DNA of 64,000 nucleotides from Hoeflea sp. (GCF_030682515.1 NZ_JAUXOD010000135.1:5335-69334), one strand, 5' to 3'; shown: positions 1-11,049, counted from the first letter of the stretch. Notes: generated by a model not told the origin, from the letters alone. Made by a program: numbers and translations.

Positions 1-236
1 GAAGCGGTCCTGAAATTGGCGGGCCCGGTTGCCGTGTGGTAGTGGGCGCCCTTGAGCTGGCGCCAGTTGTATCCGACATCGCCGCGCAGGTACCAGCCGC
101 CAACGGAAGCGACCGGGTGGCTGATCGGGGTTTGATAGATGGGCGCCTCGACGATCTGAGGCAGAACGTCAGCGGCCGTGGCCGATCCTACTCCGGCAAA
201 CACCATGGCTGTGGCAGCCAGGAAGATCTTTCTCAT
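1..236 (-). CDS. Outer-membrane beta-barrel protein (Omp25/RopB-like porin family), N-terminal part; runs off the left edge
   Basis: Not in the ORF track. Manual translation from ATG 236 gives MRKIFLAATAMVFAGVGSATAADVLPQIVEAPIYQTPISHPVASVGGWYLRGDVG: a signal peptide ending A-x-A, then AD, a Pro-rich linker and the GWYLRGDVG first beta-strand typical of rhizobial OMPs. GGAG lies upstream. Confidence 0.8.
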   Translation of the reverse strand, partial: MRKIFLAATAMVFAGVGSATAADVLPQIVEAPIYQTPISHPVASVGGWYLRGDVGYNWRQLKGAHYHTATGPANFRTA

Positions 237-323
237 GATAGGCTCCATCGTCGGGACAGGCGCTGTCCCTTGTTGGGGAGGCAACGCGTTTTTTGGTTCG
301 CAATGGAGAATGAAGGATAAAGG

Positions 324-339
324 TTAAAACCCGCTTAAC
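324..339. promoter_or_regulatory. CtrA box (TTAA-N7-TTAAC) upstream of the OMP gene
   Basis: Sequence TTAA aacccgc TTAAC is a perfect match to the established CtrA consensus, 88 bp upstream of the OMP start. Confidence 0.75.
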
Positions 340-559
340 CACGTCTGTTTACCAAGAAACCGAGTGTAAAGCCAGGTTCTGACGCCTAGCCTTCCGCAAC
401 GACACCTTGAAGGAGCGGTTCAGGTCGCCTTGAAACCGCGGCGGAAAGAGCGCAGCACGGGACCCGCGGGGCCGCCGGTCCCTGTCTCGCCGCAAGCACC
501 GGCGCAGCAGCGGGACAGGCCCGCTGCCGGCACCGAGCCGGAGATCCTTCGGGGGCTGG

Positions 560-1912
560 TCAGGCGGCGTTGCGCACGCCCGAGATCACGTTGATCAGCT
601 GGTCGACAACCGTTTCGATCTGATGACGGTCATCGCCCTCGGCCATCACCCGGATCAGCGGCTCCGTACCCGAAGGACGAATGACCAGCCGGGCCGAATC
701 GCCGAGCGTCGCCTGGGCATCGGCGATGGCCGCCTTGACCAGCCTGTCGTTGAGCGGCTTGCCGCCGGAATGGCGCACGTTCTTGAGCACCTGCGGCACC
801 GGCTCGAACCTGCGGCAGACCTCGGAGACCGGACGCCCCATGCGCTGGACGCAGGCCATCACCTGCAGCGCCGCGACCAGGCCATCGCCGGTGGTGGCGA
901 AATCGGTGAGCACGATATGGCCCGATTGTTCGCCGCCGACGTTGAAATCATGCTTGCGCATGTGCTCGACGACATAGCGGTCACCGACCTGGGTACGCTC
1001 CAGCGACAGGTCGATGCCCTTGAGGAAGCGTTCGAGACCGAGATTGGACATCACGGTGGCAACGATGCCCTTGCCGCGCAGCAGGTTCTCGGCGGCCCAG
1101 GATTCAGCAATCAGCGCCATCAGCTGGTCGCCATCGATCACCGCGCCGGTCTCGTCGACGATCAGCACGCGATCGGCATCGCCATCGAGCGCAATGCCGA
1201 TATCGGCGCGCACTTCGTGCACCTTGCGCGCCAGCGCCACCGGGTGGGTCGAGCCGCAATTGAGATTGATGTTGGTGCCGTTCGGCTCCTCGCCGATCGC
1301 CACCACGTCGGCGCCCAGCTCCCACAGCGCAGCCGGAGCCACCTTGTAGCCGGCGCCATTGGCGCAATCGATGACCACCCGCATGCCCGACAGGGTGATG
1401 TCCTTGGGCAATGTGCGCTTGGCAAATTCGATGTAGCGGTCGTGGACGCCGTCGATACGCTTGGCCCGCCCGATCAACTCGGGACGCGCCAGCTGCAGAT
1501 GGATGTCCTCGTCCATCAGCTCCTCGATGCGGTGCTCGAGTTCGTCCGACAGCTTGAAGCCATCGGGTCCGAACAGCTTGATGCCGTTGTCCTGGTAGGG
1601 ATTGTGCGAGGCCGAGATCATCACGCCGATGTCGGCGCGGAGCGACCGCGTGAGCATGGCCACCGCCGGCGTCGGGATTGGCCCGAGCAGGAACACGTCG
1701 ACGCCGGCCGCGGTGAAGCCCGCCACCAGCGCGTTCTCGATCATGTAGCCCGACAGCCGCGTGTCCTTGCCGATGACGACCCTGTGCCGGTGATCGCCGT
1801 GCCGGAAGAGATTGCCGACCGCGATTCCCACGCGCATCGCCAGGTCCGGCGTCATCGGCGCCTTGTTTGCCTGACCACGAATTCCGTCGGTGCCAAAATA
1901 TCGCCTGCTCAT
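560..1912 (-). CDS. glmM: Phosphoglucosamine mutase
   Basis: [10 protein letters not shown]-terminus, ISASHNP phosphoserine loop, DGDADR metal loop, GGEQSGH, RPSGTEP. Confidence 0.97.
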   Translation of the reverse strand: MSRRYFGTDGIRGQANKAPMTPDLAMRVGIAVGNLFRHGDHRHRVVIGKDTRLSGYMIENALVAGFTAAGVDVFLLGPIPTPAVAMLTRSLRADIGVMISASHNPYQDNGIKLFGPDGFKLSDELEHRIEELMDEDIHLQLARPELIGRAKRIDGVHDRYIEFAKRTLPKDITLSGMRVVIDCANGAGYKVAPAALWELGADVVAIGEEPNGTNINLNCGSTHPVALARKVHEVRADIGIALDGDADRVLIVDETGAVIDGDQLMALIAESWAAENLLRGKGIVATVMSNLGLERFLKGIDLSLERTQVGDRYVVEHMRKHDFNVGGEQSGHIVLTDFATTGDGLVAALQVMACVQRMGRPVSEVCRRFEPVPQVLKNVRHSGGKPLNDRLVKAAIADAQATLGDSARLVIRPSGTEPLIRVMAEGDDRHQIETVVDQLINVISGVRNAA

Positions 1913-2023
1913 GGAGCCCCCTCCGAACCAATTCGGTCGTTACTACCTGTGTGGCTGACTGTAATTCCCCAGATCGGCCGCACAATACAATCAGATTTTG
2001 TTACAATCCATTGCAATACACAC

Positions 2024-2048
2024 AAAACAGCCGCCAGAGTGGCGGCTG
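2024..2048 (-). terminator. Intrinsic terminator downstream of ftsH
   Basis: 9-bp stem cagccgcca/tggcggctg with a 3-nt loop, followed by TTTT on the minus strand. Confidence 0.55.
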
Positions 2049-2086
2049 CGCTGTGTAACTGCAGGTGTGTGAGATAATTCCACAAC

Positions 2087-4024
2087 CTATTGGGGTTGCG
2101 GCTCCATGCCAGGATCCGGCTCATCGCCCTTCTTGCCCGCTCCGCCCTTCTTGGCGCCAGCGGTCGGAACCGCGGTTCCGCGGCTCGGCGGTGTGTCGTC
2201 GCTGTTTTCGCGCACCGGCTTCTCGCCGCGGATCAGCGCATTGATTTCCTCGCCGGTCAGCGTCTCATATTCGAGCAGGCCTTCGGCGATGGCAACGAAA
2301 TCCTTCTTCTTCTTGGTCAGGATGGTCCGCGCCTCGTCATAGGCCTGGTCGATCAGGCGGCGGATCTCGCTGTCGATCTTCTGGGCGGTGGACTCGGACA
2401 CGTTCTTCTGCTGAGCCACGGAATGGCCCAGGAACACTTCCTGCTGGTTCTCGCCGTAGGCGACCTGGCCGAGCTCGTCGGAGAAGCCCCATTCGGTGAC
2501 CATGGCGCGGGCGAGCTTGGTCGCCTGGACGATGTCGGAGGACGCACCCGAGGTGATGTTCTCCTTGCCGAAGGTGAGTTCCTCGGCGACACGGCCGCCC
2601 ATCATGATGGCGAGCCGCGAGATCATCCACTTGTAGCTCATCGAATAGCGGTCGCCCTCGGGCAGCTGCATGACCATGCCGAGCGCACGGCCGCGCGGGA
2701 TGATCGTGGCCTTGTGCACCGGGTCGGCGGCGGCGACATTGAGCGCGACCACGGCGTGGCCGGCCTCGTGATAGGCGGTGAGCTTCTTTTCTTCCTGGGT
2801 CATGGCGGTCGAGCGACGCTCGGCGCCCATCATCACCTTGTCCTTGGCGTCCTCGAACTCGGCCATCGTCACCAGCCGCTTGTTGCGACGGGCGGCCAGC
2901 AGCGCGCCTTCGTTGACGAGGTTCATGAGGTCCGCGCCGGAGAAGCCGGGCGTGCCGCGGGCCAGAACCTTGAGATCGACATTCGGCGCCATCGGCACGT
3001 TGCGGACATGCACCTTGAGGATCTTCTCGCGACCATTGACGTCGGGCAGCGGCACGACGACCTGGCGGTCGAAGCGGCCCGGACGCATCAGCGCGGGGTC
3101 GAGCACGTCGGGGCGGTTGGTGGCGGCGATCAGGATGATGCCTTCATTGGCCTCGAACCCGTCCATCTCGACCAGCAGCTGGTTGAGCGTCTGTTCGCGC
3201 TCGTCATTGCCGCCGCCAAGTCCGGCGCCGCGATGACGGCCGACCGCATCGATTTCGTCGATGAAGATGATGCAGGGCGCATTCTTCTTGGCCTGCTCGA
3301 ACATGTCGCGCACGCGGCTTGCGCCGACGCCCACGAACATTTCGACGAAGTCGGAACCCGAGATGGTGAAGAACGGCACATTGGCTTCGCCGGCCACCGC
3401 GCGCGCCGTCAGCGTCTTGCCGGTGCCGGGAGGGCCCACGAGCAGCACGCCGCGCGGAATCTTGCCGCCCAGCCGCTGGAACTTCTGCGGATCGCGCAGG
3501 AACTCGACGATTTCCTCAAGATCCTGCTTGGCCTCGTCGACGCCCGCCACGTCAGCGAAGGTGACGCGGCCATGGGCCTCGGTCAGAAGCTTGGCCTTGG
3601 ACTTGCCGAATCCCATCGCGCCGCGCGAGCCGCCCTGCATCTGCCGCATGAAGAAGATCCACACGCCCAGAATGAGCAGGATCGGCAGCCAGGAGATCAG
3701 ATAGCCCACCAGCGTGTTGGAGCTGTCGACTTCCGGCCGGGCGGTGATCGTCACGTTGCGCGCGTTGAGGCGCTGGATCAGCCCCGGATCGCCGGGCGAA
3801 TAGGTCTGAAAGCCGGTGGCGGCATCGGTGTAGTTGCCGGAAATGCGCTCGCCGACGATGGTCACGTCGCGCACCCGTCCGGCTTCGATGTCGGCGAGAA
3901 ACTGGGAATAGGCGATGTCGCGCCCGGTGGTCCGTTCACTCGGAGTCTGAAACATGTTGAACAAAGCGATCAACAGGAGCGCGATGATTGCCCAAAGGGC
4001 GAAATTGCGGAAGTTGGGGTTCAT
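2087..4024 (-). CDS. ftsH: ATP-dependent zinc metalloprotease FtsH
   Basis: Two TM segments, Walker A GPPGTGKT, Walker [39 protein letters not shown] zinc motif. Confidence 0.98.
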   Translation of the reverse strand: MNPNFRNFALWAIIALLLIALFNMFQTPSERTTGRDIAYSQFLADIEAGRVRDVTIVGERISGNYTDAATGFQTYSPGDPGLIQRLNARNVTITARPEVDSSNTLVGYLISWLPILLILGVWIFFMRQMQGGSRGAMGFGKSKAKLLTEAHGRVTFADVAGVDEAKQDLEEIVEFLRDPQKFQRLGGKIPRGVLLVGPPGTGKTLTARAVAGEANVPFFTISGSDFVEMFVGVGASRVRDMFEQAKKNAPCIIFIDEIDAVGRHRGAGLGGGNDEREQTLNQLLVEMDGFEANEGIILIAATNRPDVLDPALMRPGRFDRQVVVPLPDVNGREKILKVHVRNVPMAPNVDLKVLARGTPGFSGADLMNLVNEGALLAARRNKRLVTMAEFEDAKDKVMMGAERRSTAMTQEEKKLTAYHEAGHAVVALNVAAADPVHKATIIPRGRALGMVMQLPEGDRYSMSYKWMISRLAIMMGGRVAEELTFGKENITSGASSDIVQATKLARAMVTEWGFSDELGQVAYGENQQEVFLGHSVAQQKNVSESTAQKIDSEIRRLIDQAYDEARTILTKKKKDFVAIAEGLLEYETLTGEEINALIRGEKPVRENSDDTPPSRGTAVPTAGAKKGGAGKKGDEPDPGMEPQPQ

Positions 4025-4090
4025 GCTCGTCCTCGGAGATCATGGCCTGGGGCCACCGGTGCAAAACCGGATTTCGATATTGACTTTGTA

Positions 4091-4118
4091 ACATAGGAGC
4101 CCCGCGGGGCGTTGCCAA
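4091..4118 (-). promoter_or_regulatory. Putative RpoH (sigma32)-type promoter of ftsH
   Basis: Minus strand reads CTTGGC-N15-CCTATGT, resembling the rhizobial RpoH consensus CTTGAA-N15/16-CCTATAT; ftsH is a typical heat-shock gene. Confidence 0.5.
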
Positions 4119-4136
4119 GGCTGTAGGCGGTCTTTG

Positions 4137-5489
4137 TCATTGAACTTTGATCGCGGTCGTCGTCGCACTGACCGGGGGAATTTTCCACGGACACTCCGGA
4201 AACGGGCTGCTCCCCGTCATGCGCGCCAGCGCCTGGGCCACGGGCAGCTCGTAGACCGGCAGAATGCGCGAACTCCGGCCGATTAACCTTCGGCACAGAA
4301 AGCCACCCTCGACGCCGTTTCCCGAGACCCAGTCGCGCACTGTGCCGTCCAAATACCGGCCAAACAATGGCGAAACGCCGTTTTGTCCGCCGCCGCCGAT
4401 CTCCAGCGGCGTAATCCGGTCGAGATTGCGGATGCGGTACCGGCCGTCCCAGACACAGCAGGCTCCCGGCGCGAGGCTTGCCTTTTCGATCCCCCGCCGC
4501 TCCCGCCGGATCTCCAGATCCTTGTTCTTCAGCCGCACCAGCGAGCGGCCTAGGGTGAGCGACCGGTCGCCGCGGTCGCCGGGAGAGGCTGCCCAGAGCC
4601 GCAGGGCCTCGGCCAGCGTCGCTTTGCCGCGCCGGTCCGGCGGCCTTCCGGCGCCGCCGCACAGGTCGATCAGCGCCGCGATCACGGCTGCCAGCAGCAC
4701 CGGATCCTCCTCCGGACGCCATCGCAGAAAGACCATGTCATCGGCATTCCAGGAACAATTCTCGTCGATATGGATCGCCACACTCCGGGAGAGACTCAGG
4801 CGGCCGGCGGCGGTGGACACGCCATCGGGCGCGGCGGCGTCTGCAGGGCTCTGCGTGAGCAGGCCGCGAACGCGCACCCGCTCGAACCGAGCGTCGCTGT
4901 TGGACGGATCCTCGATCCAGTCCACCCGCGCCTGCCTCAGGAAACCGCGGATCTCGGCGCGGGTGAGCCCCAGCAGCGGCCGCAGGACCCACATCCTCTC
5001 CTCGAACAGCGTCGCGCGCGGAATGCCGGCGAGGCCTGCCCCGCCGGAAGGGCTGCGGGCGCGGCGCATCGCCAGCGTCTCCTGCTGGTCGTCGCGGGTG
5101 TGGCCCGTCAGCACCGCGGCGAGACCCAGCCGCGCGGCAGCTGAGGCCAGCAGCCGGTAGCGCGCCGACCGCGCCGCGGCCTGCAGGCCGGTCGGCGGAG
5201 GCCCACCCTCCCAATGGAGCGTTTGATGGCACACGCCGAGCCTTCGGCAATGGGCCTTGACCTGCCGCGCCTCTTCGGCGGAGCCGGGCCTCAGGCCGTG
5301 ATCGACGGTGAGCGCAAAGAGCCTGCCGGGCGCCACCAGGCGGGCAAGCCCGTAAAGCAGGCCGAGCGAATCCGATCCGCCGGACACAGCGACGCCGAGC
5401 GGACGATGGTCCGTCACCTGGCTCAGAAATTCAGAAAGGCATTTTTCAAGACCGGACGGCATCTGGGTGAGCGGGTCCGGCGCGGGCAT
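4137..5489 (-). CDS. tilS: tRNA(Ile)-lysidine synthetase
   Basis: PP-loop VAVSGGSDS, TVDHGLR, RSARYRLL, GHTRDDQQET, RPLL, WIEDPSN, R.RVR; directly upstream of ftsH. Start may be a few codons later. Confidence 0.93.
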   Translation of the reverse strand: MPAPDPLTQMPSGLEKCLSEFLSQVTDHRPLGVAVSGGSDSLGLLYGLARLVAPGRLFALTVDHGLRPGSAEEARQVKAHCRRLGVCHQTLHWEGGPPPTGLQAAARSARYRLLASAAARLGLAAVLTGHTRDDQQETLAMRRARSPSGGAGLAGIPRATLFEERMWVLRPLLGLTRAEIRGFLRQARVDWIEDPSNSDARFERVRVRGLLTQSPADAAAPDGVSTAAGRLSLSRSVAIHIDENCSWNADDMVFLRWRPEEDPVLLAAVIAALIDLCGGAGRPPDRRGKATLAEALRLWAASPGDRGDRSLTLGRSLVRLKNKDLEIRRERRGIEKASLAPGACCVWDGRYRIRNLDRITPLEIGGGGQNGVSPLFGRYLDGTVRDWVSGNGVEGGFLCRRLIGRSSRILPVYELPVAQALARMTGSSPFPECPWKIPPVSATTTAIKVQ

Positions 5490-5506
5490 CAGCGGCGCCC
5501 TCGGGC

Positions 5507-6409
5507 TCAGCAGCTCGCCAGGACCTGCTCTTCGGCGACCTTGGCGCGAACCGCGGCCGATGCACCGGGGTATCGGATCAGCACTTCGCGCAGCGTGGCG
5601 CAGGCGGTGTCGCGATTGTCGAGCTTGGCCAGCGACATGCCGAGCTTGAGCAGCGTGTCGGGGCCCTTGTCGGCGCTCGGATATTTTTTGTGGGCGTCGA
5701 GGAAGGTCTGGGCCGACGCCTGGTAATTGGCTTGGGAATACTGCGCTTCGCCGAGCCAGAACATCGCATCGGGCGCCCGCTCTCCGTCGGGGAAGCTGCC
5801 GACATATTGCTGGAACACCTGCTCGGCGAGCGCATAATCGCCCGCAAGCATGTGATTGTAGCCGGCCTGGTAGATGTCGTCGGGCGCGGTCAGCGAAGCC
5901 GTCGCGGCGCCAGGTTCGGTCGGCTGGATGATGCCGCCGATCAGGTCCCCGTTGTCATTGAACCGGATCGTTCCAAGGTCCACCGGCGGCGTGCCGGTGC
6001 CCTGGCTCCCTTGGTCGGCCGAGGCGGTGCTCGACGGTTCAACGCCCGGCTGGATGACGGCAGGACCGGCATCGCCGCGCTGGCCGCCGGTCTTTTCGAG
6101 TTCCTGGAAGCGGAACTCGTTGTCTTCCTGCATCTGGCGCATCTGTTCCTGCATCTGCAGCAACTGGAAGCCCAGTTCCTCGAGCCGGCCGTTCAACGCG
6201 CGGAGCTGTTCCTCGAGCTGTCCGATCCGGAACACCGGATCAGAGGATTGCGCCAGGACAACCGCCCCCCGATCGGACGACATCGACCCGACCGCGGCGG
6301 GCGGGACCGGCGCGTTCTGCGAAAAACCCGAGAACAAGGGCGCCGCATGTGCCGGGAATGAGAATGCGGCAAGCGCCGCCACTGCAATCAATCTGTAGAC
6401 TGGTTTCAT
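5507..6409 (-). CDS. cpoB: Tol-Pal system protein CpoB/YbgF
   Basis: Signal peptide from MKPVYRL (ATG 6409, GAGG upstream), coiled coil, C-terminal TPRs (YNHMLAGDY, AMFWLGE, LLKLGMSL); follows pal. Confidence 0.9.
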   Translation of the reverse strand: MKPVYRLIAVAALAAFSFPAHAAPLFSGFSQNAPVPPAAVGSMSSDRGAVVLAQSSDPVFRIGQLEEQLRALNGRLEELGFQLLQMQEQMRQMQEDNEFRFQELEKTGGQRGDAGPAVIQPGVEPSSTASADQGSQGTGTPPVDLGTIRFNDNGDLIGGIIQPTEPGAATASLTAPDDIYQAGYNHMLAGDYALAEQVFQQYVGSFPDGERAPDAMFWLGEAQYSQANYQASAQTFLDAHKKYPSADKGPDTLLKLGMSLAKLDNRDTACATLREVLIRYPGASAAVRAKVAEEQVLASC

Positions 6410-6533
6410 AGTTGACCTCACTACGCGGGCAATGACCCGGATCTCCGGGATCCGGACATCTGGCATAACGCATGGCGCGATATCAAATCAACGCACAAAC
6501 GGGCCAAACTATGGTGATCGCGAGAGTTCAACG

Positions 6534-6560
6534 AAAAGAGGGCGGCTTGCGGCCGCCCTC
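6534..6560 (-). terminator. Intrinsic terminator after pal
   Basis: Stem gagggcggc/gccgccctc followed by TTTT on the minus strand. Confidence 0.6.
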
Positions 6561-6586
6561 CTGCTTCGGGATCCGGGATCCTGAGC

Positions 6587-7093
6587 TTAGCTGCCGGCTC
6601 CGCCAACCACGGTGACCGCGCGGCGGTTCTGCGACCAGCAGGAAATGTCGTCGCAGACCGCGACCGGACGTTCCTTGCCGAAAGAGATGGTGCGCATGCG
6701 GTTGGACGGGACGCCGCGGGACGACAGGTACTGCATGGTGGCCGATGCACGCCTTGCGCCCAGCGCCAGGTTGTATTCGCGGGTGCCGCGTTCGTCGGCA
6801 TGGCCTTCGACCGTGATCTGATAGTTCGGATACTGGTTGAGCCACTGGGCCTGGCGGTCAAGCGTCGCGGCTGCATCGGCGCGGATCACCGAGGAATCGG
6901 TGTCGAAGAAGATCCGGTCGCCCACATTGACGGTGAAATCCTGCGGCGATCCGGGCGTCGCGCTGCCGGCGAGACCGAGATCGGAGGCATTGTTGGGCAG
7001 GTTGTTCTTCTTCGAAGCGCAGCCGGTCAGCACCAGCGCGGTGAAAAGCGCCAGCATCGCCGGGTTACGGGCAATAGTCTGCATGCGGCCCAT
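6587..7093 (-). CDS. pal: Peptidoglycan-associated lipoprotein Pal
   Basis: Lipobox LTGC, OmpA-like domain with GHADERGTREYNLALGARRA and SQNRRAV. Confidence 0.97.
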   Translation of the reverse strand: MGRMQTIARNPAMLALFTALVLTGCASKKNNLPNNASDLGLAGSATPGSPQDFTVNVGDRIFFDTDSSVIRADAAATLDRQAQWLNQYPNYQITVEGHADERGTREYNLALGARRASATMQYLSSRGVPSNRMRTISFGKERPVAVCDDISCWSQNRRAVTVVGGAGS

Positions 7094-7140
7094 GGCGGGT
7101 CTCCTTGTGAATTCTGGTTGACCGTTTGTAACCCGCCGCG

Positions 7141-7156
7141 GTTAATCGGCGTTGAA
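7141..7156. promoter_or_regulatory. Possible CtrA box upstream of pal (1 mismatch)
   Basis: Minus strand reads TTCA-N7-TTAAC. Confidence 0.4.
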
Positions 7157-7258
7157 GAAAGACGGTTAACAGATCCCTAGTTTAGATTCGGTTAGCCGCG
7201 TTTGAACGTACATTGCGGCGCAAAAACGGCGGAAATCAGCCTCTTCAGCGGCGGCGCG

Positions 7259-8569
7259 CTATTCCAGCAGGGGTGACCATGCGGGGTCCGACGCGAATGT
7301 CGGCGTCGACACCAGTTGTTCGTTGTAGCCGGTCAGATCGATCGAGTAGATCTGCGGGCCGCCGGAGCCTGCCGGCTGGCGGAAGAACATCAGCACCCGG
7401 CCGTTGGGCGCCCAGGTCGGACCTTCGTTGTGAAACCCGGACGTGAGGATTCGTTCGCCCGACCCGTCGGTGCGCATGACGCCAATCGAGAACTTGCCAC
7501 CCGACTGCTTGGTGAAGGCGATCAGATCGCCGCGCGGCGACCAGACAGGCGTCGAGTAGGAGCCGTCGCCGAAAGAGACGCGGCGCTGGTTGGAGCCGTC
7601 AGCGCCCATGATGTAGAGTTGCTGGCGTCCGCCGCGGTCGCTCTCGAACACGATCTGGCTGCCGTCCGGGGAATAGGAAGGCGAGGTGTCGATGGCCGTG
7701 GTGTTGGTCAGCCTTGTCGTCGCCCGCGAACGCAGATCCATGGTGTAGATATTGGCGTTTCCATCCTGCTGAAGGCTCATGATCACCCTCTGCCCGTCCG
7801 GCGAGAACCGCGGCGAGAAGGTCATGCCCGGAAAATTGCCGACCAGTTCGCGCTGGCCGGTCTCGAGCTGCAGCAGATAGACCCGCGGCTGGCCGCCCTC
7901 GAACGACATGTAGGTGATTTCCTGGCGCGAGGGCGAGAACCGCGGGGTGAGCACGATGTCGTTGGCATTGGTCAGCATGCGCAGATTGGCGCCGTCCTGG
8001 TCCATGATCGCCAGCTGCTTCTTGCGGTCGGTCTTGGGCCCGCTTTCGGACACGAACACGACGCGGCTGTCGAAATAGCCCTTCTCGCCGGTCAGCCGTT
8101 CATAGATCGCGTCGGCGATGATATGAGCCACGCGCCGCCAGTTCTCGGGACGGGTGAAGAACTGCTCGCCCGACAGCTGCTGGCTGGCGAACGTGTCCCA
8201 AAGCCGGAATTCGGCCCTGAGCCGGCCGTCGGCCTCGCGCACCACGCGCCCGGTCACCAATGCCTGGGCATTGATCACTGTCCAGTCCTGAAACCGCGGC
8301 GCGGCGTCCGGATTGGCGATCTTCTCGATGAAGGCCGCCTTGCCGATCGGCGCGAACAGCCCGGACCGCTTGAGGTCCGCCGCCACCACCTCGGCGATCT
8401 GCGCGCCAACGCCATCGGCAGAGAGGAAATCGGTGATGGCGATCGGCAGGGGCTCGACATTGGCCTTGTTGATGTCGATCTCGACCACGGCGCGGGCCGG
8501 GCCTGCCGCCAGCATGGCGAAGGCAACCAAGACCATGGGTAGGACGAGAATGCGGTTGAAGAGTTTCAT
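7259..8569 (-). CDS. tolB: Tol-Pal beta-propeller protein TolB
   Basis: Signal peptide, TolB N-domain (PLPIAI), repeated PD40 motifs ([28 protein letters not shown]). Confidence 0.97.
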   Translation of the reverse strand: MKLFNRILVLPMVLVAFAMLAAGPARAVVEIDINKANVEPLPIAITDFLSADGVGAQIAEVVAADLKRSGLFAPIGKAAFIEKIANPDAAPRFQDWTVINAQALVTGRVVREADGRLRAEFRLWDTFASQQLSGEQFFTRPENWRRVAHIIADAIYERLTGEKGYFDSRVVFVSESGPKTDRKKQLAIMDQDGANLRMLTNANDIVLTPRFSPSRQEITYMSFEGGQPRVYLLQLETGQRELVGNFPGMTFSPRFSPDGQRVIMSLQQDGNANIYTMDLRSRATTRLTNTTAIDTSPSYSPDGSQIVFESDRGGRQQLYIMGADGSNQRRVSFGDGSYSTPVWSPRGDLIAFTKQSGGKFSIGVMRTDGSGERILTSGFHNEGPTWAPNGRVLMFFRQPAGSGGPQIYSIDLTGYNEQLVSTPTFASDPAWSPLLE

Positions 8570-8587
8570 AGTGCAGCCTTTCAGCGC

Positions 8588-9658
8588 TTAGAACATCTGG
8601 CTGGGATCGAAATTCACGATCACATCAGCCCATGAATCATATTTCTCTTTAGGCAACTGGTAGGGCTGGGCCCTCAGGACTGCGCGCTTGGCGCTGGCCG
8701 ACAATGTGCCACGGGTGGCCGCCGAGCCGCCAGTGGCTGTCACATCCGGCTGGCCGACGATGTTGCCTGTGAGGTCGAGCCTCATCTTGACGATCACCCG
8801 CACATCGCCGCCATCGGCCATTCCAGGAATGATGTTCCAGTATCTCTGGATCTGGCCGCGCAACGCATCCATCTCGCTCTGGGTCAGCGTGTTGCCGCGC
8901 GTGGTGGTCTGGCCGCCCAGGGACGCCGTTTCCGTCGACCGCTTGGCGCCGCCGCCCTGGGCATCCTGCTTGTTGAGCAGCGCCGCCACCTGGTCGGCGT
9001 TGAAATCGCTCTCCTTGGACGACGCGGTTTCGGCTGTCGCCGGCTTGGTGGCGGGTTTCTCCGCAGGTTTCTCGGCAGGTTTCTCCGCGGCCTTCGGCGG
9101 CTCGGGCCGCGCCTGGGGTACCGGTCCGCTTGCAGGCAGGGCCGCGAATTCGGGCTTCGCGGGAGCCGCCTCGGTGATCGCTTCCGCCACCGGATCGGGC
9201 ACGGTTTCGGCAGGCAATGCAGCGACTTCGGCAGGCGCTGGCACGGGCGCCGGCTCCACGGGCTTCGGTTCCGCCACTTCCGCCGGTTTTGGTTCCGCAG
9301 GCTTGGGTTCGGGCTGCGGCGCCGGCTTCTCCGCCGGTTTCGGCGGCGCTTCCGACACCACTTCCCGGGGGCTTGGCTTGGCAGCCTCGGCCGGCTTCAG
9401 GTCGACCTCGTTGTCGCCGACATTCTGGGCGTCGGGCACCGGATCGGGCCGTGCGGTGGGAATGGGCGCTGAGATCTCGGCTATCGCCGCGGTCCTGTCG
9501 CCCTGCTGGATCTGCGTGATCTCGTCGATCGGCACGATGCTGACCGGAAATGATTCGACATCCATCACCTCAAGCGTCTTCGGCGCGCCGAAAGATGCCA
9601 GAGCGAAGCCCAGCACCAGAGCGTGCATTACAGTTGATGTCGCCAGACTTGCCTTCAT
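8588..9658 (-). CDS. tolA: TolA-like cell envelope integrity protein
   Basis: N-terminal TM with SxxxH (STVMHALV), Pro/Ala/Glu/Lys-rich linker (PAEK repeats), TonB/TolA-type C-terminal domain; lies between tolR and tolB. Confidence 0.88.
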   Translation of the reverse strand: MKASLATSTVMHALVLGFALASFGAPKTLEVMDVESFPVSIVPIDEITQIQQGDRTAAIAEISAPIPTARPDPVPDAQNVGDNEVDLKPAEAAKPSPREVVSEAPPKPAEKPAPQPEPKPAEPKPAEVAEPKPVEPAPVPAPAEVAALPAETVPDPVAEAITEAAPAKPEFAALPASGPVPQARPEPPKAAEKPAEKPAEKPATKPATAETASSKESDFNADQVAALLNKQDAQGGGAKRSTETASLGGQTTTRGNTLTQSEMDALRGQIQRYWNIIPGMADGGDVRVIVKMRLDLTGNIVGQPDVTATGGSAATRGTLSASAKRAVLRAQPYQLPKEKYDSWADVIVNFDPSQMF

Positions 9659-9668
9659 CAGTGCGCCG

Positions 9669-10121
9669 TCAGCTATCCTGTTCCTGAAGCGTGACCAGGC
9701 CGAGATTGGTGAACCCGGCCGCCGAGATGCGTGCCATCACTTTCATGACCGTGCCATAATCCGCATTGGTGTCGCCGCGCACAAAGATGCGCTCGCTGTA
9801 GCCTGTGGTGGCGATCGCCTCGAGCTTGGCCACAACTTCGTCGATCGCGATCTCGGTCTCCTGCAGGAAGACCTGCCCGTTGGAATTGACGGAAACTGTG
9901 ATCGGCTGGGTTTCCGCATTCATCGCTCTCGCCTGGGTTTCAGGCAGATCGATCGGAACGCCGACGGTCAGAAGCGGCGCCGCCACCATGAAGATGATCA
10001 GAAGCACCAGCATCACGTCGACAAACGGCGTGACGTTGATTTCGCTCACAAGCTGCTTGCGGCCACCGCGGCGTCCGCGACGCGACCCGCCGCCTCGCCC
10101 ACCTGGTACGGACATGCCCAT
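9669..10121 (-). CDS. tolR: TolR
   Basis: SEINVTPFVDVMLVLLIIFMVAAP, IDLP, RGD....YG motifs. Confidence 0.96.
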   Translation of the reverse strand: MGMSVPGGRGGGSRRGRRGGRKQLVSEINVTPFVDVMLVLLIIFMVAAPLLTVGVPIDLPETQARAMNAETQPITVSVNSNGQVFLQETEIAIDEVVAKLEAIATTGYSERIFVRGDTNADYGTVMKVMARISAAGFTNLGLVTLQEQDS

Positions 10122-10130
10122 CGCCGCCTC

Positions 10131-10847
10131 CTATTCCGCGGCCTGACGGGCGTTCTGACGCTCGTCGATCTGCCGCGACAGGATGCCGGAAAACTCGTCG
10201 GTGAAACCTTCCATGCGGGCGGTCAGCTTGCCGGCGTCGGACGAGAATTTGTTGTAGGCGATCACTGCCGGAATGGCGGCGAGAAGGCCGATGGCGGTCG
10301 CCAGCAGCGCTTCGGCGATACCGGGCGCCACCACGGCGAGGTTGGTCGACTTCGAACCGGCGATGGCCTGAAACGAGGTCATGATGCCGATGACCGTGCC
10401 GAACAGCCCGATGAAGGGCGCGGCCGATCCGATGGTCGCCAGCGACGTGAGCTTGGATTCGAGCGCCTCGGCTTCGCGCGCCAGCGTCACGTCCATCGCC
10501 TTGTCGATGCGCATCTGCAGGCCGATCGGAGACTTGGCGCCACGCTCGAAGGATTTCTTCCATTCGCGCATGGCAGACACGAAGATCGCGCTCATGCCCG
10601 AGGATTTGCGGTCCGCCAGGGTCCGGTAGAGCTCTTCAAGTGACTGGCCCGACCAGAACACCTGTTCGAACTGGTCGAGCTGGCGCCGGAATTTTCCGAA
10701 CGCGATCCATTTGTCGGCGACGATGGCCCAGGTCCAGATCGAGGCGCCGACGAGGCCGAGCATCACGAGCTTGACAACAAACCCGGCCTCCATGAAAAGC
10801 GCCCAGAGCGTCACTTCGCTGGTTGCCGCAAGTCCAACTTGTTCCAT
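10131..10847 (-). CDS. tolQ: TolQ
   Basis: LATIGSAAPFIGLFGTVIGIM and VVAPGIAEALLATAIGL motifs. Confidence 0.96.
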   Translation of the reverse strand: MEQVGLAATSEVTLWALFMEAGFVVKLVMLGLVGASIWTWAIVADKWIAFGKFRRQLDQFEQVFWSGQSLEELYRTLADRKSSGMSAIFVSAMREWKKSFERGAKSPIGLQMRIDKAMDVTLAREAEALESKLTSLATIGSAAPFIGLFGTVIGIMTSFQAIAGSKSTNLAVVAPGIAEALLATAIGLLAAIPAVIAYNKFSSDAGKLTARMEGFTDEFSGILSRQIDERQNARQAAE

Positions 10848-11034
10848 TCACGTACCCTCAGTTCCAAACGCCCGGTTCCATTACCGGGCGGCCCAAGACG
10901 TCACTTTTGCCGGGAGTCCAGAAGTGAGCGATCGCCGCCTGTTCACTTGCCAGTCTTCTCGCGGCCAAATTTGGTCAAAGGATGGCGCACGCCTTCCGCG
11001 CAATCCTCACGGTTCCATTCATAAATAATTATGG

Positions 11035-11049
11035 TTAAGGCTTGGTTAG
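11035..11049. promoter_or_regulatory. Possible CtrA box upstream of tolQ (1 mismatch)
   Basis: TTAA ggcttgg TTAG in an AT-rich patch between ybgC and tolQ. Confidence 0.45.

Noticed and set aside
36-320. 94-aa plus-strand ORF in the track
   Set aside because: Antisense shadow of the minus-strand OMP gene (1-236), which has a signal peptide, RBS and family motif.
9050-9400. Short tandem repeats in tolA (PAEK/PAEPK coding)
   Set aside because: Ordinary low-complexity TolA linker; not a CRISPR or contingency repeat.
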